NCBI RefSeq assembly: GCF_011386835.1
Contig: NC_088807.1
Coordinates: 23,498,001 to 23,562,000 of the forward strand
DNA: 64,000 nt
Direction of reading: 5' to 3'
Source of the DNA: Chrysemys picta bellii
Taxonomy: Eukaryota
Part shown: one piece after another, positions 36,101 to 56,100 of the stretch
Layout: every line of letters begins with the position of its first letter
How positions within the stretch are numbered: position 1 is the first letter of the stretch
Made by a program: the position numbers and the translations under genes
Notes under the pieces: generated by a model
The model's database searches: none
The model's input: the letters and a program-made list of their open reading frames with translations, nothing else
What the model was told of the DNA's origin: nothing

Positions 36101-36737
36101 TGGACGCTGTTTGGCGCGGGGCTGTGTCTGGGCCGTGCCTGACATGACGGGCCCCAATCGCCTCCCCTGAGCCAGCCAGTCCCCGCCCTGGGACCGGATG
36201 GGAACCGGTGCCCCCCAGAGGGGACAGGCCCCATCTCCCGTCCCCAGGGCTCAACTCCTGAGGACTCTCTGGAGCGAGAAGCCGAGACTCAGAAAAGAAA
36301 CAGTGTGAAGTCATGACCCCATTAAAGGAGCCAGGCCAGGAACCCAGGTGTCCTGGTGAAACCTCCTCCCCCCCGCCCCTGAGAAATTACATCATCCAGC
36401 ACTTCCTGTCCTAAACGCTTATGTGGCTGGCCAACAACCCCCGCGCCCCACCCCAGAGAGACTGGGTCTCAGCACTGGGCGAGGGGTCCCTTAGTAGCCC
36501 CAGATGACAGGATTAGGGGATTCTGAGGGAAACAGGGCATGGGGGTGGGGGTTGGGAGCCAGGACTCCTGGGTTCACTCCCCAGCTCTGGGAGGGGAGTG
36601 GGGTCTAGTGGTTACAGCAGGGGCGGGCTGGGAGTCAGGACTCCTGGGTTCTCTCCCCGGCTCAGCGTGCGCTCTCTCCTCACCCGCAGACCAGGCCTGG
36701 GGTTTCTCCTTCCATCCCCCCCACCCACACCCCAGCG

Positions 36738-43952
<7,215 letters not shown>

Positions 43953-44577
43953 CCAGGCCCCGGCTGGAGCAGCTGCCACCAGCGGGGGGTGGGGGTGGGG
44001 GGTGGGAAGAGGGATTAATTCTCTGTATTCAGTTCTGCCCCAAATCACTGGGTGGGGGCCCCCCTCGTCCCCCCACCAGTGCTCTCTACTCAGCCCCCCC
44101 ACGCCAGAGGGCCCCCCCCAGTGCCGGGCACGGGGTCCCCGTGTACCCAGCCCCTCCCCACCCAGAGGGGCCCGTCCCAGTGCCGGGCGAGGGGTCCCCA
44201 TGTACCCAGCCCGCCCACACCCAGAGGGGCCTGTCCCAGCCCCAGACGAGGGGTCCCCAGCAGGAAAATTCCAGGTCTGTGCCCCCCCCCGTCTAGCAGC
44301 TTTTCCTCCCATCCTGCCCCCCCTTTACAGAGGCTCCCAAAGGCCCAGCCCCTCCCTACTCTGGCCTTATCCCCCCCGCCCCCCCATTCACGCCAGCAGG
44401 GACTGACCCCTCCCCCCCCCAGCCATCAGGGGGCGGACAGACTGCCCCCCTCACCCTGGGGGGGCTGTTTGACTCATGCCCCCCCACCCCACTCCCTGGC
44501 TCCGCCCCGCTGAGTTCTGACCCCCGCCCCCCATCGTCACCAGCCCAGCAACACTGGGGGGGAACCTCAGGATTTGT

Positions 44578-44583
44578 AATAAA
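44578..44583 (+). terminator. polyadenylation signal of the transporter gene
   Basis: First AATAAA downstream of the stop at 43952. Confidence 0.6.
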
Positions 44584-45779
44584 CGACTGAAACCTGCCGC
44601 CAGCTTCGGGCTTGGCCCTGCTCCGTGTGGGGGGCGAATCATGGGGCGGGGCCTCTTCCAAGCTCCGCCTACAAGCAGGCCCTGCCATTGGACTCCTGAT
44701 CTTTGCCCACCTCCCACCCCCCCACTTCTCAGATGGGGCGTGGACGGCTCAGGCTCTCGGCAAACCCAGGCAGCGGCGCTGTGTCGGTTACCCTGGGGTG
44801 GGGGCTCACAGCTGTGCGACAGGCTCAGTCCAACGCGGGGTGCGGGAGGGGGGGGGTCTTTACACCCATGTTTTTTTAACGAAAGCTGAGTGGCCGGTGT
44901 CCAGGCATGGGGCAGCTGCTAGCACCGGCCACTGCGCCCAGCTCTGGGGTGACTCACGGTCCGCCAGGCCAGCTGTTGGGATTAAAGAGCTGAAAACTGG
45001 AGGAGTGGGGGGAGCAGCTGGTGGAGGGGGGAGGAAGGGAGGGAGGTGATGGTTGGGGGGGGGGTTGGTTGATCCCACCAGCTGGAAAGGAGTCTGCAGC
45101 CACTGGCTCTGGGGTGGAGCTGAGGTGCTGGGCAGATGTTGGCGGTGGGCGGGGGGTTAAATGGGATAATAAGCCACCAGGGCGTCAGCCGGCCAAGTCT
45201 CAGTGTTGGGCTGGTGAGAGGGGACCCCAGCAAGGGTGGGGGGAGCCCAGGGCTGGGCTAGCAGGGGCTGCGGGTCGGGAGTGAGGGGCACCGGCAGGGC
45301 TGGGGGGAGCCCAGGGCTGGGCTGGCAGGGGCTGCGTGTCGGGAGTGAGGGGCACCGGCAGGGCTGGGGGGAGCCCAGGGCTGGGCTGGCAGGGGCTGCG
45401 GGTCGGGAGTGAGGGGCACCGGCAGAGGTGTGAGGGTGGGGGTGTGCAGGGCTGGGCTGGGGGTCAGTTTGTTTTTGTAGGGTCTCCCTCGTTTCCTGAC
45501 CAGCAAAGGAGGCCGGCGGGCGAGTTGGGGGTGGGAACCCGTTTATTTAAACTCACACAAGCCACATTAGATCTAAGAGCAACTGAAGAGCCGACCCCCA
45601 GATTGCCCCTTGGGGAGACAGAGCCAGACCCTCCCTGGGTCAGAAATAACCCCAGCCCGAGGGGGGGGGGCAGGGTGAGCTCCCCCCACGGCAGGACAGA
45701 GAGGTGTGGGGGCTAGTGGTTAGAGCAGGGGGGGGCCGGGCTGGGAGCCAGGATGCCTGGGTTCTCTTGAGGGGGGGTC

Positions 45780-47727
45780 TCAAAGGTAGTTCCCCCCGGG
45801 GAGGTTAGCTGGGGATAGACACTCCAGCCTTGGTGGGCTCGGCTTGGGCTGCTCGGAGCCGGTGGGCCCTGGGGTCTTGTGCCCAGGGGGGGTCTGTGAG
45901 GCAGGGAGGGGGGGCTGCGGTGGGGGGCAGGGCCAGGGCGGGGCCTGGGCTGGCTGCGGGGGGGCCGGGAACTTGTTCTCGTCCGTCTCGTAAAGGAACC
46001 AGTCATAGGAACCCTTTGGGCTGTCCAGGTGCAGAGCTGGGGGAAGGAGACAAAAGTCAGTGATGGAACCCAGGCGTCCTGGCTCCCAACCCCCCCACCC
46101 TCTAACCACTAGACCCCACTCCCCTCCCAGAGCTGGGGAGAGAACCCAGGCGTCCGGGCTCCCAACCACTAGCCCCCACTCCCCTCCCAGAGAGGGGGAG
46201 AGAACCCAGGCGTCCTGGCTCCCAACCCCCCCCCCGAAACCACTAGCCTCCCCTCCCCTCGCCAGGGAGAGAACCCAGGCGTCCAGACCCCGCTCACCGA
46301 GGTCTTCGAGGGACCCGTCCTGCAGGCGCCGGTGCGCAAAGGACGACCCCCGAGCCCCCCGGCGGTAGGCGCAGTAGATCCCAGAGAAGAGGCAAAGCAG
46401 GAGGCCGGAGGCCAAGAGGAAAAGGCCCATGGCCTGGGCCCCCCCGGCCCCCTGGTGCTCGGCCGGCCGGCCTGCGGGGGGAGGGGGAGAGCGGTGAGAT
46501 GGGACCCAGGCGTCCGGCTTGCCGCCCCTCCCTTCTGCTTCTTCCCCCCGGATCCCCTCGCCAAGCACTGCCCCAGTCACTCTGCACTATACCAATGCAG
46601 TCACTCCCTTTCTGCCCCCCACAGCGCCCCTCTCTGCACCCCACCTCCGCATGCCCCCCTTTCTGCACCCCACAGCGCCCCTCTCTGCACCCCACCTCCG
46701 CATGCCCCCCTTTCTGCACCCCACAGCTCCCCTTCTGCACCCCACCTGCCCCATGCACCCCCTTTCTGCCCCTCACAGTGCCCCTCTCTGCACCCCACCT
46801 CCCCATGCCCCCCTTTCTGCCCCCCACAGCTCCCCTTCTGCACCCCACCTGCCCCATGCACCCCCTTTCTGCCCCCCACAGCTCCCCTTCTGCACCCCAC
46901 CTGCCCCATGCATCCCCTTTCTGCCCCCCACAGCGCCCCTCTCTGCACCCCACCTCCCCATGCCCCCCTTTCTGCCCCCCACAGCTCCCCTTCTGCACCC
47001 CACCTGCCCCATGCACCCCCTTTCTGCCCCCCACAGTGCCCCTCTCTGCACTCCACCTCCCCATGCACCCCCCTTCTGCACCCCACCTGCCCCATGCACC
47101 ACCCTTCTGCACCCCCACTCTCCTTGTGCAGCCTGTCCTCCTGCACCCCCATGCCTCACCCTGCACCCCCTTTTACATCCCTAAGCGCATGGCCCACCTC
47201 CACACTCCTTCCCCGCCCTTAAATGCACCATGAACCCCCCGTTCCTACCCCCACCCTAGCCCCCAACTCCTTGCCCATGCGCCCCCATTCCCTCAACCCC
47301 TGCCCCCCCATACACCCTCTTTACCTCTTTGCTCCACCCGCTCCACCAGCAGAACCATCTCGACCCCCCGGTGCCCCAGCGCCCCCTGCCGGCCGGAATC
47401 TCCTGCCGCAGCCCCGGGGGGCCTCTGGGGGGCACCGTCACCTGGGGTCCGCTGGCTCAGCGTTGCCGTGGGGTGGGCCAGGCTGCTGGGGGGCAGGGAG
47501 GGGCTGGGGGGAGCAGAGCGCGGACCCGTGGGGCTACGGGAGGTGGGGGCAGAGGGGGACTCGGGGGACCATCCGGTGTCAGGAGAGGGGGGAGGGCTGG
47601 GAGGGGAGGGGGGGGCCCTGTCAGCCAGGGGGGAGGGGTGGGGCCAAGGGGCAGAGGGGGACGGGGGCTGGGGGGCACCGGCAGCGAGACAAGCCCCGAG
47701 GGCCAGCAGGGCAGCCGGCAACAGCAT
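45780..47727 (-). CDS. GFY: Golgi-associated olfactory signaling regulator (Goofy) orthologue, 277 aa, 3 coding exons
   Basis: Exons 47727-47325, 46471-46298, 46036-45780 join in frame; signal peptide, Pro/Ser-rich region, GVEMVLLVERVE, transmembrane segment, FAHRRLQD, LHLDSPKGSYDWFLY, RLECLSPANLP match recalled mammalian GFY blocks; AATAAA at 45547-45542; oriented away from PTH2. Confidence 0.82.
46610..47110. repeat. C-rich intronic minisatellite
   Basis: Repeated ccccacagcgcccctctctgcaccccacct and variants. Confidence 0.85.
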
Positions 47728-47809
47728 CACCCGGCGCTGGGTGTCTCTGGGAACCAGCACCTGCGAGGGGTGAGAAGGGGTTAAATTGGGGTGTCGGCCC
47801 CCCGCCTCC

Positions 47810-48180
47810 CACTGCTGAGCGCCCGCTGCTGACCCCCCGCCCCACTCCCCACTGCTCAGCGCCCCCCGCTGGCCCCCCGCCCCGCTCCCCACTGCTCAGC
47901 GCCCCCCGCTGACCCCCCGCCCCGCTCCCCACTGCTCAGCGCCCCCTGTTGGCCCCCCATCCCGCTTCCCAGAGCTCAGCGCCCCCTGCTGCCCCCCCCG
48001 CTCCCCACTGCTCAGCGCCCCCTGCTGCCCCCCCCGCTCCCCACTGCTCAGAGCCCCCTGCTGCCCCCACCGCTCCCCAGACCCCAGCGCCCCCTCCTGG
48101 CCCCCTGCCCTGCACCCCAGAGCTCAGCGCCCCCTGCTGGCCCCTTGCTTACCCCCTAACGCCCCCTAGCACCATCCTGG
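47810..48180 (-). repeat. minisatellite with reverse-orientation CTCF-like motifs
   Basis: Repeated CTCAGCGCCCCCTGCTG; the copy near 48123-48140 reads GCCAGCAGGGGGCGCTGAG on the minus strand. Confidence 0.7.
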
Positions 48181-49971
48181 GGTATCGGCACCAGCCCTGC
48201 GAACCCCGTGCCCCGGTGGGATGGAGACGACACAGGTGTAACCATAGCTACGGCAGGGCCCCCCCACGGGACCCCCCGCTCCTGCTGGTTACCAGACTCC
48301 GTTGTTGGCAACATCTCCCGGGCGGCGGGTGTGGTACCCGCTGCCCCAGAGCAAACAAACTGTCTCCCCAGCCCTGGGCGCTAGGGGGCACCGGGCTGCA
48401 GGGCGCGGGACAGGGGCTCAGCGGGGGGGCTGGGCTATGGGGAGGCAGGAAGCGAGGGGCTCAACGGGGGTCTCGGCTATGGGGGGGCAGGAAGCGAGGG
48501 GCTCAGCAGGGGGGGCTCAGCGGGGGTGGGGGGGCTCTCCGCCTGCCTTTGATTCTCCTTCAGACACCTGCCCCCCAATGCAGACTGGGGGGGGGTCCCC
48601 CCAGCTCTTCCTGCCCCATCCCCACTCTTACTCTCACCCCCCCGGCTGGAAATGCGAACCAGGCCTCCCGCCAGCCTTTTCCCGGCCCCCTTGTCCCTTT
48701 GGGGGGAGCCAGGCCGGGCTCTTCCCTCATCCCCACTGGGATGTTGAGGTTACAGCCGCGTCCTGGGGTGTGCCACCCTCTGTCCCCCCCAAATTTGGGG
48801 TACCTACACCCCCTCTCCCCTTATCAACACCCCCAGGATGGACTTGCACACTTCCCCTTTAAATACAAGGGGTGGGGCGTGACAGCTCCAGCCACTTTGG
48901 TGTTTAAAGGGGTACACGGCCGCCTCCCAAAATGGGGCACTGTCCCTTTAAATTGCTGGGGGAGGGGAGAAATCAGCCTCCCCCCCAGATAGCTAAGGGG
49001 TGCGCGCCCCCCCCCCAAACAGATCCACTCCCATAGAAATCGGGGCACTGGCCTTCTAAATACATGAGGGCAAAAATGTAGGGGGGGTCCCCTCTCCAGC
49101 CCCCCCCACCCCAGCTAGGACCCCCCCAGGGCAGCCCACGTGGTGGGGGCGCTCCGTGTTACCCCGTGTCTGACTCACCTGGGTGGGGGGCAGAGAGCAG
49201 GGGAACCTCCCGCTGTTGCTGGGAGGGAGAGATGCACAATGAGCCAGGACGGGGGGGGGGGGCAGCTCCTCCCTAGCAGCCCCCCCCCGGGATATGGGGG
49301 GGGTATGACGCACGTGCTCCCGGGGGGGGCACAGACGCTGCTAACAACCCAGCAATAACAACCGTGGCTCCGCTCCAGCTTCTGGGACTGGGGGGGGGGG
49401 GGACTGTTGACCTGATGCCCCATCAGACCCCCCCCCCCGTGGAGGCCCGGGCGCTCTGGGAAGACAGGGCGGGCACGGTGAAGGCCCGTGAGTTTCGCAC
49501 CCAGGGGTGGCGAGGGAGACACCCCCCAGCCCCCGCTTTGGGGTGAGCCCGTCACAAGCAGCTGTCTCAAGCTCCCGAATGGGACCCAGCCCCGCAAAAA
49601 CCTTCGTGGCCCAGCCCCTCCCCCCCAAAGGGCCCAAGCAACCTCAGGCAGGCAAGGGGCAGCCAGCAAGGAGGGGGGGAGCCCCAGCACCACTGGCTCA
49701 GCTGCAAATAGAACCCAGGAGTCCTGGCTCCCAGGCCCCCCTGCTTCAGCCACTAGACCCCACTCCCCTCCCAGAGCCAGGGAGAGAACCCAGGAGTCCT
49801 GGCTCCCAGCCCCCCCTGCTCTGACCACTAGACCCTGTGTCCCAGACTCCCAGGCCCCGCGCTTGCTTGGCTCTGTACGGCCCCTGGGAGGAGCCCCCAT
49901 CCATGCAACGCCTTCTCGGGGGGGGGCGGTGTTATTAGCTGACAGGAATTGGGTTAAGGGGGGAACGTCCC

Positions 49972-50630
49972 TGTCACAGACTCACAGATTGTGCCCACTC
50001 TTGGCCCCGTGCAGTCCGTGGGGGGTGCCCCTTTCAGTGCGACAGCCCTTCTCGGGGGTCCACTCTCTCTCGGGGTCAGGCCCCTCCACTTCCTGGAGCC
50101 GCACCTCTCTGAGCCTTAGCACGCCTGTCTCTGCCGTGGGCCCCCTCAGGGAGTCCACTCGCTCTGGACCCCCGGGGCCCCCCCCACCCCGTTCTCTAGC
50201 TCGGAGTGACTCCCGCTCCCCCTCTCCAGCCCCGAGCCCCCCTGCTTCCCAGCTGGGCATCTGAGATCACGGCCCCAAATCCCGCCTCTGTCCATTATCT
50301 TCTCTCCACGTAACCAGGGTCGCCTGGGCCTCCTCTCCCCTCTTCCGTCCTCTGGCTGGAACCGGTCCCCGGGGTCCTGTCCCCACAGCCCATTGTCCCC
50401 CCACTGGCCAGAACCGGCTGCGACTCGTGAGCTGGGTCACCAGTCGCTGGGGTGTCCATTCTCCAGGCTATTGGCTGGGGTCCCACGTTCCCTCTCCGGT
50501 CCTGTGTACCCACAAACTCCCCCTCCCCTCGTTAAACCAGCAACACCCAGGGACACCGAGTCCCACCCCCTCGCCCTGCAAACCATTGGAAAAACACGGA
50601 AACAAGAAGAAAATCCCCCACTTCGTCACA
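49972..50630 (-). mobile_element. solo LTR of another Gypsy-type family
   Basis: TGTCA at 49972 and CTTCGTCACA ending 50630 give TG...CA ends; near-TSD GTCCC/GGCCC. Confidence 0.6.
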
Positions 50631-50689
50631 GGCCCTCACGGGTCAGTAACTGGGGAAAGACAGGAAACAAAGGAGGGACTAAAGGGGCA

Positions 50690-52200
50690 GTTTTCAGGCC
50701 GGAGAGAGGTGACTAGCAGGGTCCTCCAGGGGGCTACACCGGGCCCAGCGCTGCTCAACATGGGTATAAGGGAGCTGGGAAAAGGGGGAACCAGGGAGGT
50801 GGCCGAGGTTGCAGCCCACACAAAACGACTCAAGCCTGTTAAATGCAGCGCGTTACAAAGAGGCCGCGCCGAACTGGGGGACCGGGCCACGAAGTGGCAG
50901 ATGAAACTCAAAGTAACGCACCCTGGAACCATGAGCCCAGCTCGACGTATAACCTGATGGGGGCTGGTAAGCGAGAAGGACTTTTGCAGAATGTGTGCCT
51001 CAGTTTCCCCATGTACCACGTGGTCACGGAGGTGGGGAGAAGAAGCTGTGCGCTTGCTGCGCAGACCCACGTGTGACCCACGCCGGCTGCCTGGGGCCCT
51101 GCCCCATGCCCAGGAAGGGGCCCAGAAGACAATGGTGCCCCCCACTGCCCAGCCCTTTGGCACCCAGGAGCTAACGCCCTTAGGTGCCCCCTGGGCAGAG
51201 AGCCGGCCGGGTGCGACCAGCTGGAGGACAAAGGGCTGGGGAGGTGCTGTGTGGGGCAGCTGGGGGCACTGGCCCAACCCAGCCGGCCTTAGCTGTAATT
51301 TCTGTTCTCGGCGCTAACCCCCAACAACCCCGCTGGCCGAGTCACCCCGAGCTGGGGGGCCTGGCTCCCTCGGGGGGGGGGGGCTGTCCCCATCAGCCAC
51401 CAGGGCCCAGCCTGGGGCACTTGCCGACCCCAGGGGAGGGGGCTGCAGGCTCTGAGGGGCGGTTTTGGGGGCAGGAAGCCAAGGCACTCACCCCAGTGAG
51501 AGCAACCCTGAGGAGGTGTTCGGGATCCGCCTGGGGGCCGGGCGGGAGCACCAGGCCGGTGGATCCCAGCTGGGTCTGAAGGAGCTGTTCCCACTCACAC
51601 AAGGGATCTTAGAGGCCCCGTGGACTTCTCTGAAACCTGCCCCCCGAAAGCTAAGCGGACGCAGAACCCCAGGAAAGGGGGAGGAGCCAGGCAGTATCCT
51701 GCCAGCGCTGGGTGAACCCAACACCCACCCACCCCCGGCACAGGCAGCTCTGGGTGGGGCCGGCAGCGGAGATCTGGTAAAACTGGAAAAGGTGCAGAGA
51801 CGGGCCCCAGAAGTGATCTGGAAGATGGAACAGCTTGGCCAGGACACATTGAAAAACCAGGGAGCGTTCAGCTTGGGAAAGAGATGACGAAGGGGGGAGA
51901 TATGCTGGGATCTGTAATATCAGGACTGGTTTGGAGAACATGTTATTCCCCCCCCCCCTTCACCTGACAAGAACCAGCAGCCACACACTGAAATGAATGG
52001 ACAGCAGGTTTAAGACAACCAGCAGGAAGTATTTCTTCACCCAACGCACTGTCAACCTGGGGAACTCCCTGCCACAGGATGTTGTGAAGGCCTAAAGTAT
52101 AGGTCCATTGATGGCTATTAGCCAAGAGGGGCCAGGAGCCAACCCCCATCCTCTGGGTGTCCCTGAACCTCTGACTGGCAGAAGCTGGGAGTGGGGGACG
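50690..52200 (+). mobile_element. CR1 ORF2 remnant interrupted by an LTR-like repeat (about 50975-51600)
   Basis: RT-like LGDRATKWQMKL at 50690-50940 and C-terminal KLEKVQRRA...FSLGKR plus 3' region at 51770-52200; the interrupting repeat resembles 33978-34680 and 57765-58400. Confidence 0.65.
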
Positions 52201-52434
52201 GATCACTTCAGAATTGCCCCAAACCAGGCACCCCACAGGAGCCTGGGGGCCGGACAGCCTGTGGGGCCGGCCCAGCACGGCGGTTTCTGCTCCTTTCCGG
52301 CACGCTGGACAGATAGACGGACACCGGGAGGTAGAAAGCCAAGTATTTATTGATGCAGTGACAGGGAGTCCATGCGATACGCGAGGGGGGGTCGTCCCCC
52401 CCAGCAGAGGCGGCATCTCTCTGGTCACCAGGGG

Positions 52435-53957
52435 TCAGCGGCGCCCCAGGACCAGGGCCAACCCCATGGCAGCGAGCAGCAGCAGGAGGGGAGACGCTCA
52501 GCAGCACGGTGACGATCACCCTGCCCCCGAGCGCCCGCCGGGGCCGGGCTCCATGGCGCGGAAGCTGCGGGGGAGACCTGGGGGGAAAGCCGCAGGGGCA
52601 AAGAGGCGGGGCTTAGTCCTGCCATGCAGGGGGAGGGGCGTGGCCAGACTAAGCCACATCTCCAGATCTGGCAGCCGGCGCCCCCTGGAGGGGGAAAGGC
52701 CCAGTGTCCCATTCCCTCCGCGCCCCCCCCAAACCAGTCTCACCTCTCGTCTCAAAGGGTCGAGACCAATTCGTCAGTGTCACCGGGGTCACGGCTCGGC
52801 CGTACAGAGCAAACCGCACCCTGCAGAAAGCAAGGCAGCTGGTGCTTATGAAGAGGGAGGGAACCCAGGAGTCCGGGCTCACGACCCTCCCCCCGCCCCC
52901 GGGCTCTAACCGCTAGACCCACTCCCTTCCAGGAGAGAGAACCCAGAGTCCTGGCTCCCAGCCCGCCTGCTCTAACCACTAGACCCCACTCCCATTCCTC
53001 ACCCCCACAATCTCAGCCAGCCCCAGATACTCCTATATGCTCCCCACACCCTGCACCCCAGAGATTCAACCCTCCCAGGCAGCACCCCAGGCTCCCCCTC
53101 CCTGCACCCCCCCCCCACACTACCTGTAGCTCCGGCCAGGGAGCAGGTCCCGGGTGCAGGTGTCGTTCAAGCAGGCCAGGCCCGGCCCCACGTCATAGGC
53201 AAATTCCCGCGGGAGGGGGGGCTCCTCAAACAGGGGGCTGCAGGGGGGCACCAGGAAGCCCTGGGGCACCTTGTAGGTGGCATTGTCCCCTGGGGACAGA
53301 CAGCAACATGGAGTAACAGCCCAGGAATCCAGGAGTCCTGGCTCCCAGCACTAACCACTAGACCCCACTCCCCTCCCCAAGCCAGGGAGAGAACCCAGGA
53401 ATCCTGGCTCCCAGCCCCCTCCCCCTGCTCTAACCAGAAGACCCCACTCCCCTCCCCATACCTGAAGGCTGTACGTGCACCTGGATCGTGGCCGATGCCC
53501 GGGGTGCCTGGCTGGGGTCCACGCTCACCTGGCGCCATCGCTCGTAGAGGCAGTACGCAGGGCGCAGGCGCAGAATGGTGGAGAGGCGAGAGGATTCGGA
53601 GTACAGCCTCACAGGGTAATCTGGGGGGCAGGATGGGGGGAGGGGGGCAAAGTGAGAGCCTGCCCAGAGCAGCCCAACTCCTCCCCAAGCCAGGGAGAGA
53701 ACCCAGGAGTCCTGGCTCCCAGCCCCCTCCCCCACGAACCACTAGACCCCACTTCCCTCCCAGAGTGGGAGAAAGAACCCAGGAGTCCTGGACAGGGCTC
53801 AGCTGTGGCCAGTCCCTCCTCTCTGCCCCCAGCTGCACGGGGAGGGGCCAGGGTGCTGGGGGGGGCCCCAGGCCAACTCACCCAGGGGAGGCAGCGAGAC
53901 AGCCCCCAGACTCAGCCAGAGGAGAAGGAAAAGGGGCCCCAAACACTGGCTCGCCAT
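52435..53957 (-). CDS. uroplakin-2/3 family membrane protein, UPK2-like architecture, about 206 aa if two 1-bp indels are corrected
   Basis: Exons 53957-53882, 53620-53462, 53289-53124, 52820-52744, 52577-52435 (phases 1,1,2,1); signal peptide, GFLVPPC, YRVRFALY, TNWSRPFET, GGRSG, VIVTVLLSV, LLLLLAAMGLALVLGRR*; AATAAA at 52351-52346; as written, a TGA at 52518-52516 precedes the transmembrane segment. Confidence 0.75.
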
Positions 53958-55444
53958 AGCTGCTCCGGCCACCCCCAGCAACAGCTACCATGAGCCACCG
54001 GGGAGGGGGAATAAATAAATCCTGCCCCCATCAGGGGCAGCTGGGTGGGGCGGGGCCCCCAGAGCTGAGATTTAAATGGGAAGAGACCCCCCCCCCCCCC
54101 GCCCATGTGATCTGGCTGTGGGTGCCCCGGGGGGGAGGGAGGACTCATCCCCCTCCCCCAACCCCCTGCCCCCATCCCTCTGTCTGTGCCCTGGGATACT
54201 GATCCGCCATCCCCACCCCGCCCCCCTGTCCATGCCCATCCGACTGTCTCTTCCCTGCGAGGGGGGGTTAACCCCCCCATCTCACCTCCCCAAACCCCCC
54301 AGCCGCCGGCAGCCCCACCCCCCGGTTCCGTGTCCCTGGCCGCGTCGCTCCATTAATTTAATGAAACGATTTTCCTCTCTGGTCCCCCCGCCCCCCGCTC
54401 TCCAGTCCCAATTAACCGCCTGGGGGCGAGCGCCGGGCGATTGATATCCGGCTTGCCCGCCTGGCACAGCCCGCCAGGCCTCCCTTCCCGGCCCGGCCCC
54501 TCTGCCCCACGCTGGCCTCTCTGGAAATAACCCAGCATCGTCTGCATTCCCCCCCTCGATCAGCCCCCCCGGATCCATCCTGGGGCTTCAGCATCGACAG
54601 GCCCTGCAATGCACAGAGAACCCAGGAGTCCGGGCTCCCAGCCCCCCCCCTGCTCTAACCACTAGGCCCCACTCCCCTCCCAGAGCCAGGGATCCTCTCA
54701 GCCCTCCCTGCTCTAACCACTAGACCCCCCATCCCCTCCCAGAGCCAGGGGGATAAACAGGTTTCGGGGGAACTAGGGTTTTCCCAGGGCTGGGCCACCC
54801 AAGCTGCGGCCCTTGTGACATGGGCCTGGGGCGGGAGTCTCATGGGGTCCCCATAGATCCCCAGAGCCCTGCTGCCCCCCCACGGGGTACTGGGCCCCCC
54901 AGAGTGGGCGCAATATGGGGACGGTTGCCTCTGGGCCCACGTCCTAGAGGATGCCCCCCCGCCCCAGCTGGGAGACACGGCCCAGCCCCCCTTTCCCCGC
55001 CAGCTCGTTAGGGTGCCGGCTAACGAGTCCGGCGCTAATGAGCCCTGGAGAGCGAGACACCCCCCGGAACCACCCACTCGCCATCGACAGCCGGCTGGGC
55101 CGGCAGTGAATCACGGGCGGGGGCCGGGGGCTTCGTTAGCGACGCCGTCTAACGAGGCCTTCGAGCGGGGGAGGGGCGGGCAATTAGAAGCCGCAGGCCA
55201 AGGGGTTCCGTCTGTCCCATCGACTCTGAGCTCCCAGCCTCCCCCCCAGGCGTCAGACTTGGGGGTCCCAGGAGCCCCCCGCCGCCCCAGCTGGTTCATT
55301 AACATCTCGGTCCACGCACGGGGTCGGGGACCCCCCCCAGCTCGGCAGCGGCGCCATCGATCCACGCCCCCGACACCCCCGCCGGCCGCCCGGGCCTGCG
55401 TCACGCCGGGAGCGGGGAGGGGTCTGGGGGGGCTGGCGGACGGG

Positions 55445-55519
55445 TATAAATCGCGCCGGGGAGCTGGGGCCAGGGAGACGGGGGGGTTGCTGGGCTGTGC
55501 ACCGCTTCGGGGATCACAG
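55445..55519 (+). promoter_or_regulatory. PTH2 TATA box and non-coding first exon
   Basis: TATAAA at 55445-55450, donor CAG|GTAACC at 55520, acceptor at 56091-56092. Confidence 0.6.
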
Positions 55520-56100
55520 GTAACCTGCGGAGGGTGCTGGGGGCCCGGGGGGCTGGGCTGGGGTTCTGGGCTGAGCCTGGGGGGGCACCGTTGGGCTGGG
55601 GGAGAGGGGGCTGGGCTGGGGGGCTGGGCTCAGCCCGGGGGGCGCCGTTGGGCTGGGGGAGAGGGGGCTGGGCTGGGGGGCTGGGTTCAGCCCTGGGGGC
55701 GCTGTTGGGCTGGGGGAGAGGGGGCTGGGCTGGGGGGCTGGGCTCAGCCCGGGGGGGCGCCGTTGGGCTGGGGGAGAGGGGGTTGGGCTGGGGGGCTGGG
55801 CTCAGCCTGGGGGGCACCGTTGGGCTGGGGGAGAGGGGGCTGGGCTGGGGGGCTGGGCTCAGCCTGGGGGGTGCCGTTGGGCTGGGGGAGAGGGGGCTTG
55901 GCTGGGGGGCTGGGCTGGGGGGCTGGGCTCAGCTTGGGGGGGTGCCGCTGGGCTGGGGGAGGTGCTGGTACCAGCGGAGCCAGGCAAGGTGGGGGCTGGG
56001 AGCGGAGGAGGAGATCTTGGGCTCGGCCGCCTGGGGAGGGGCTGGTGGGGGGCTGTGTCCAGGGGCCTCTGACCCTGTTTCCGTCCCCCCAGGGCTGGAG

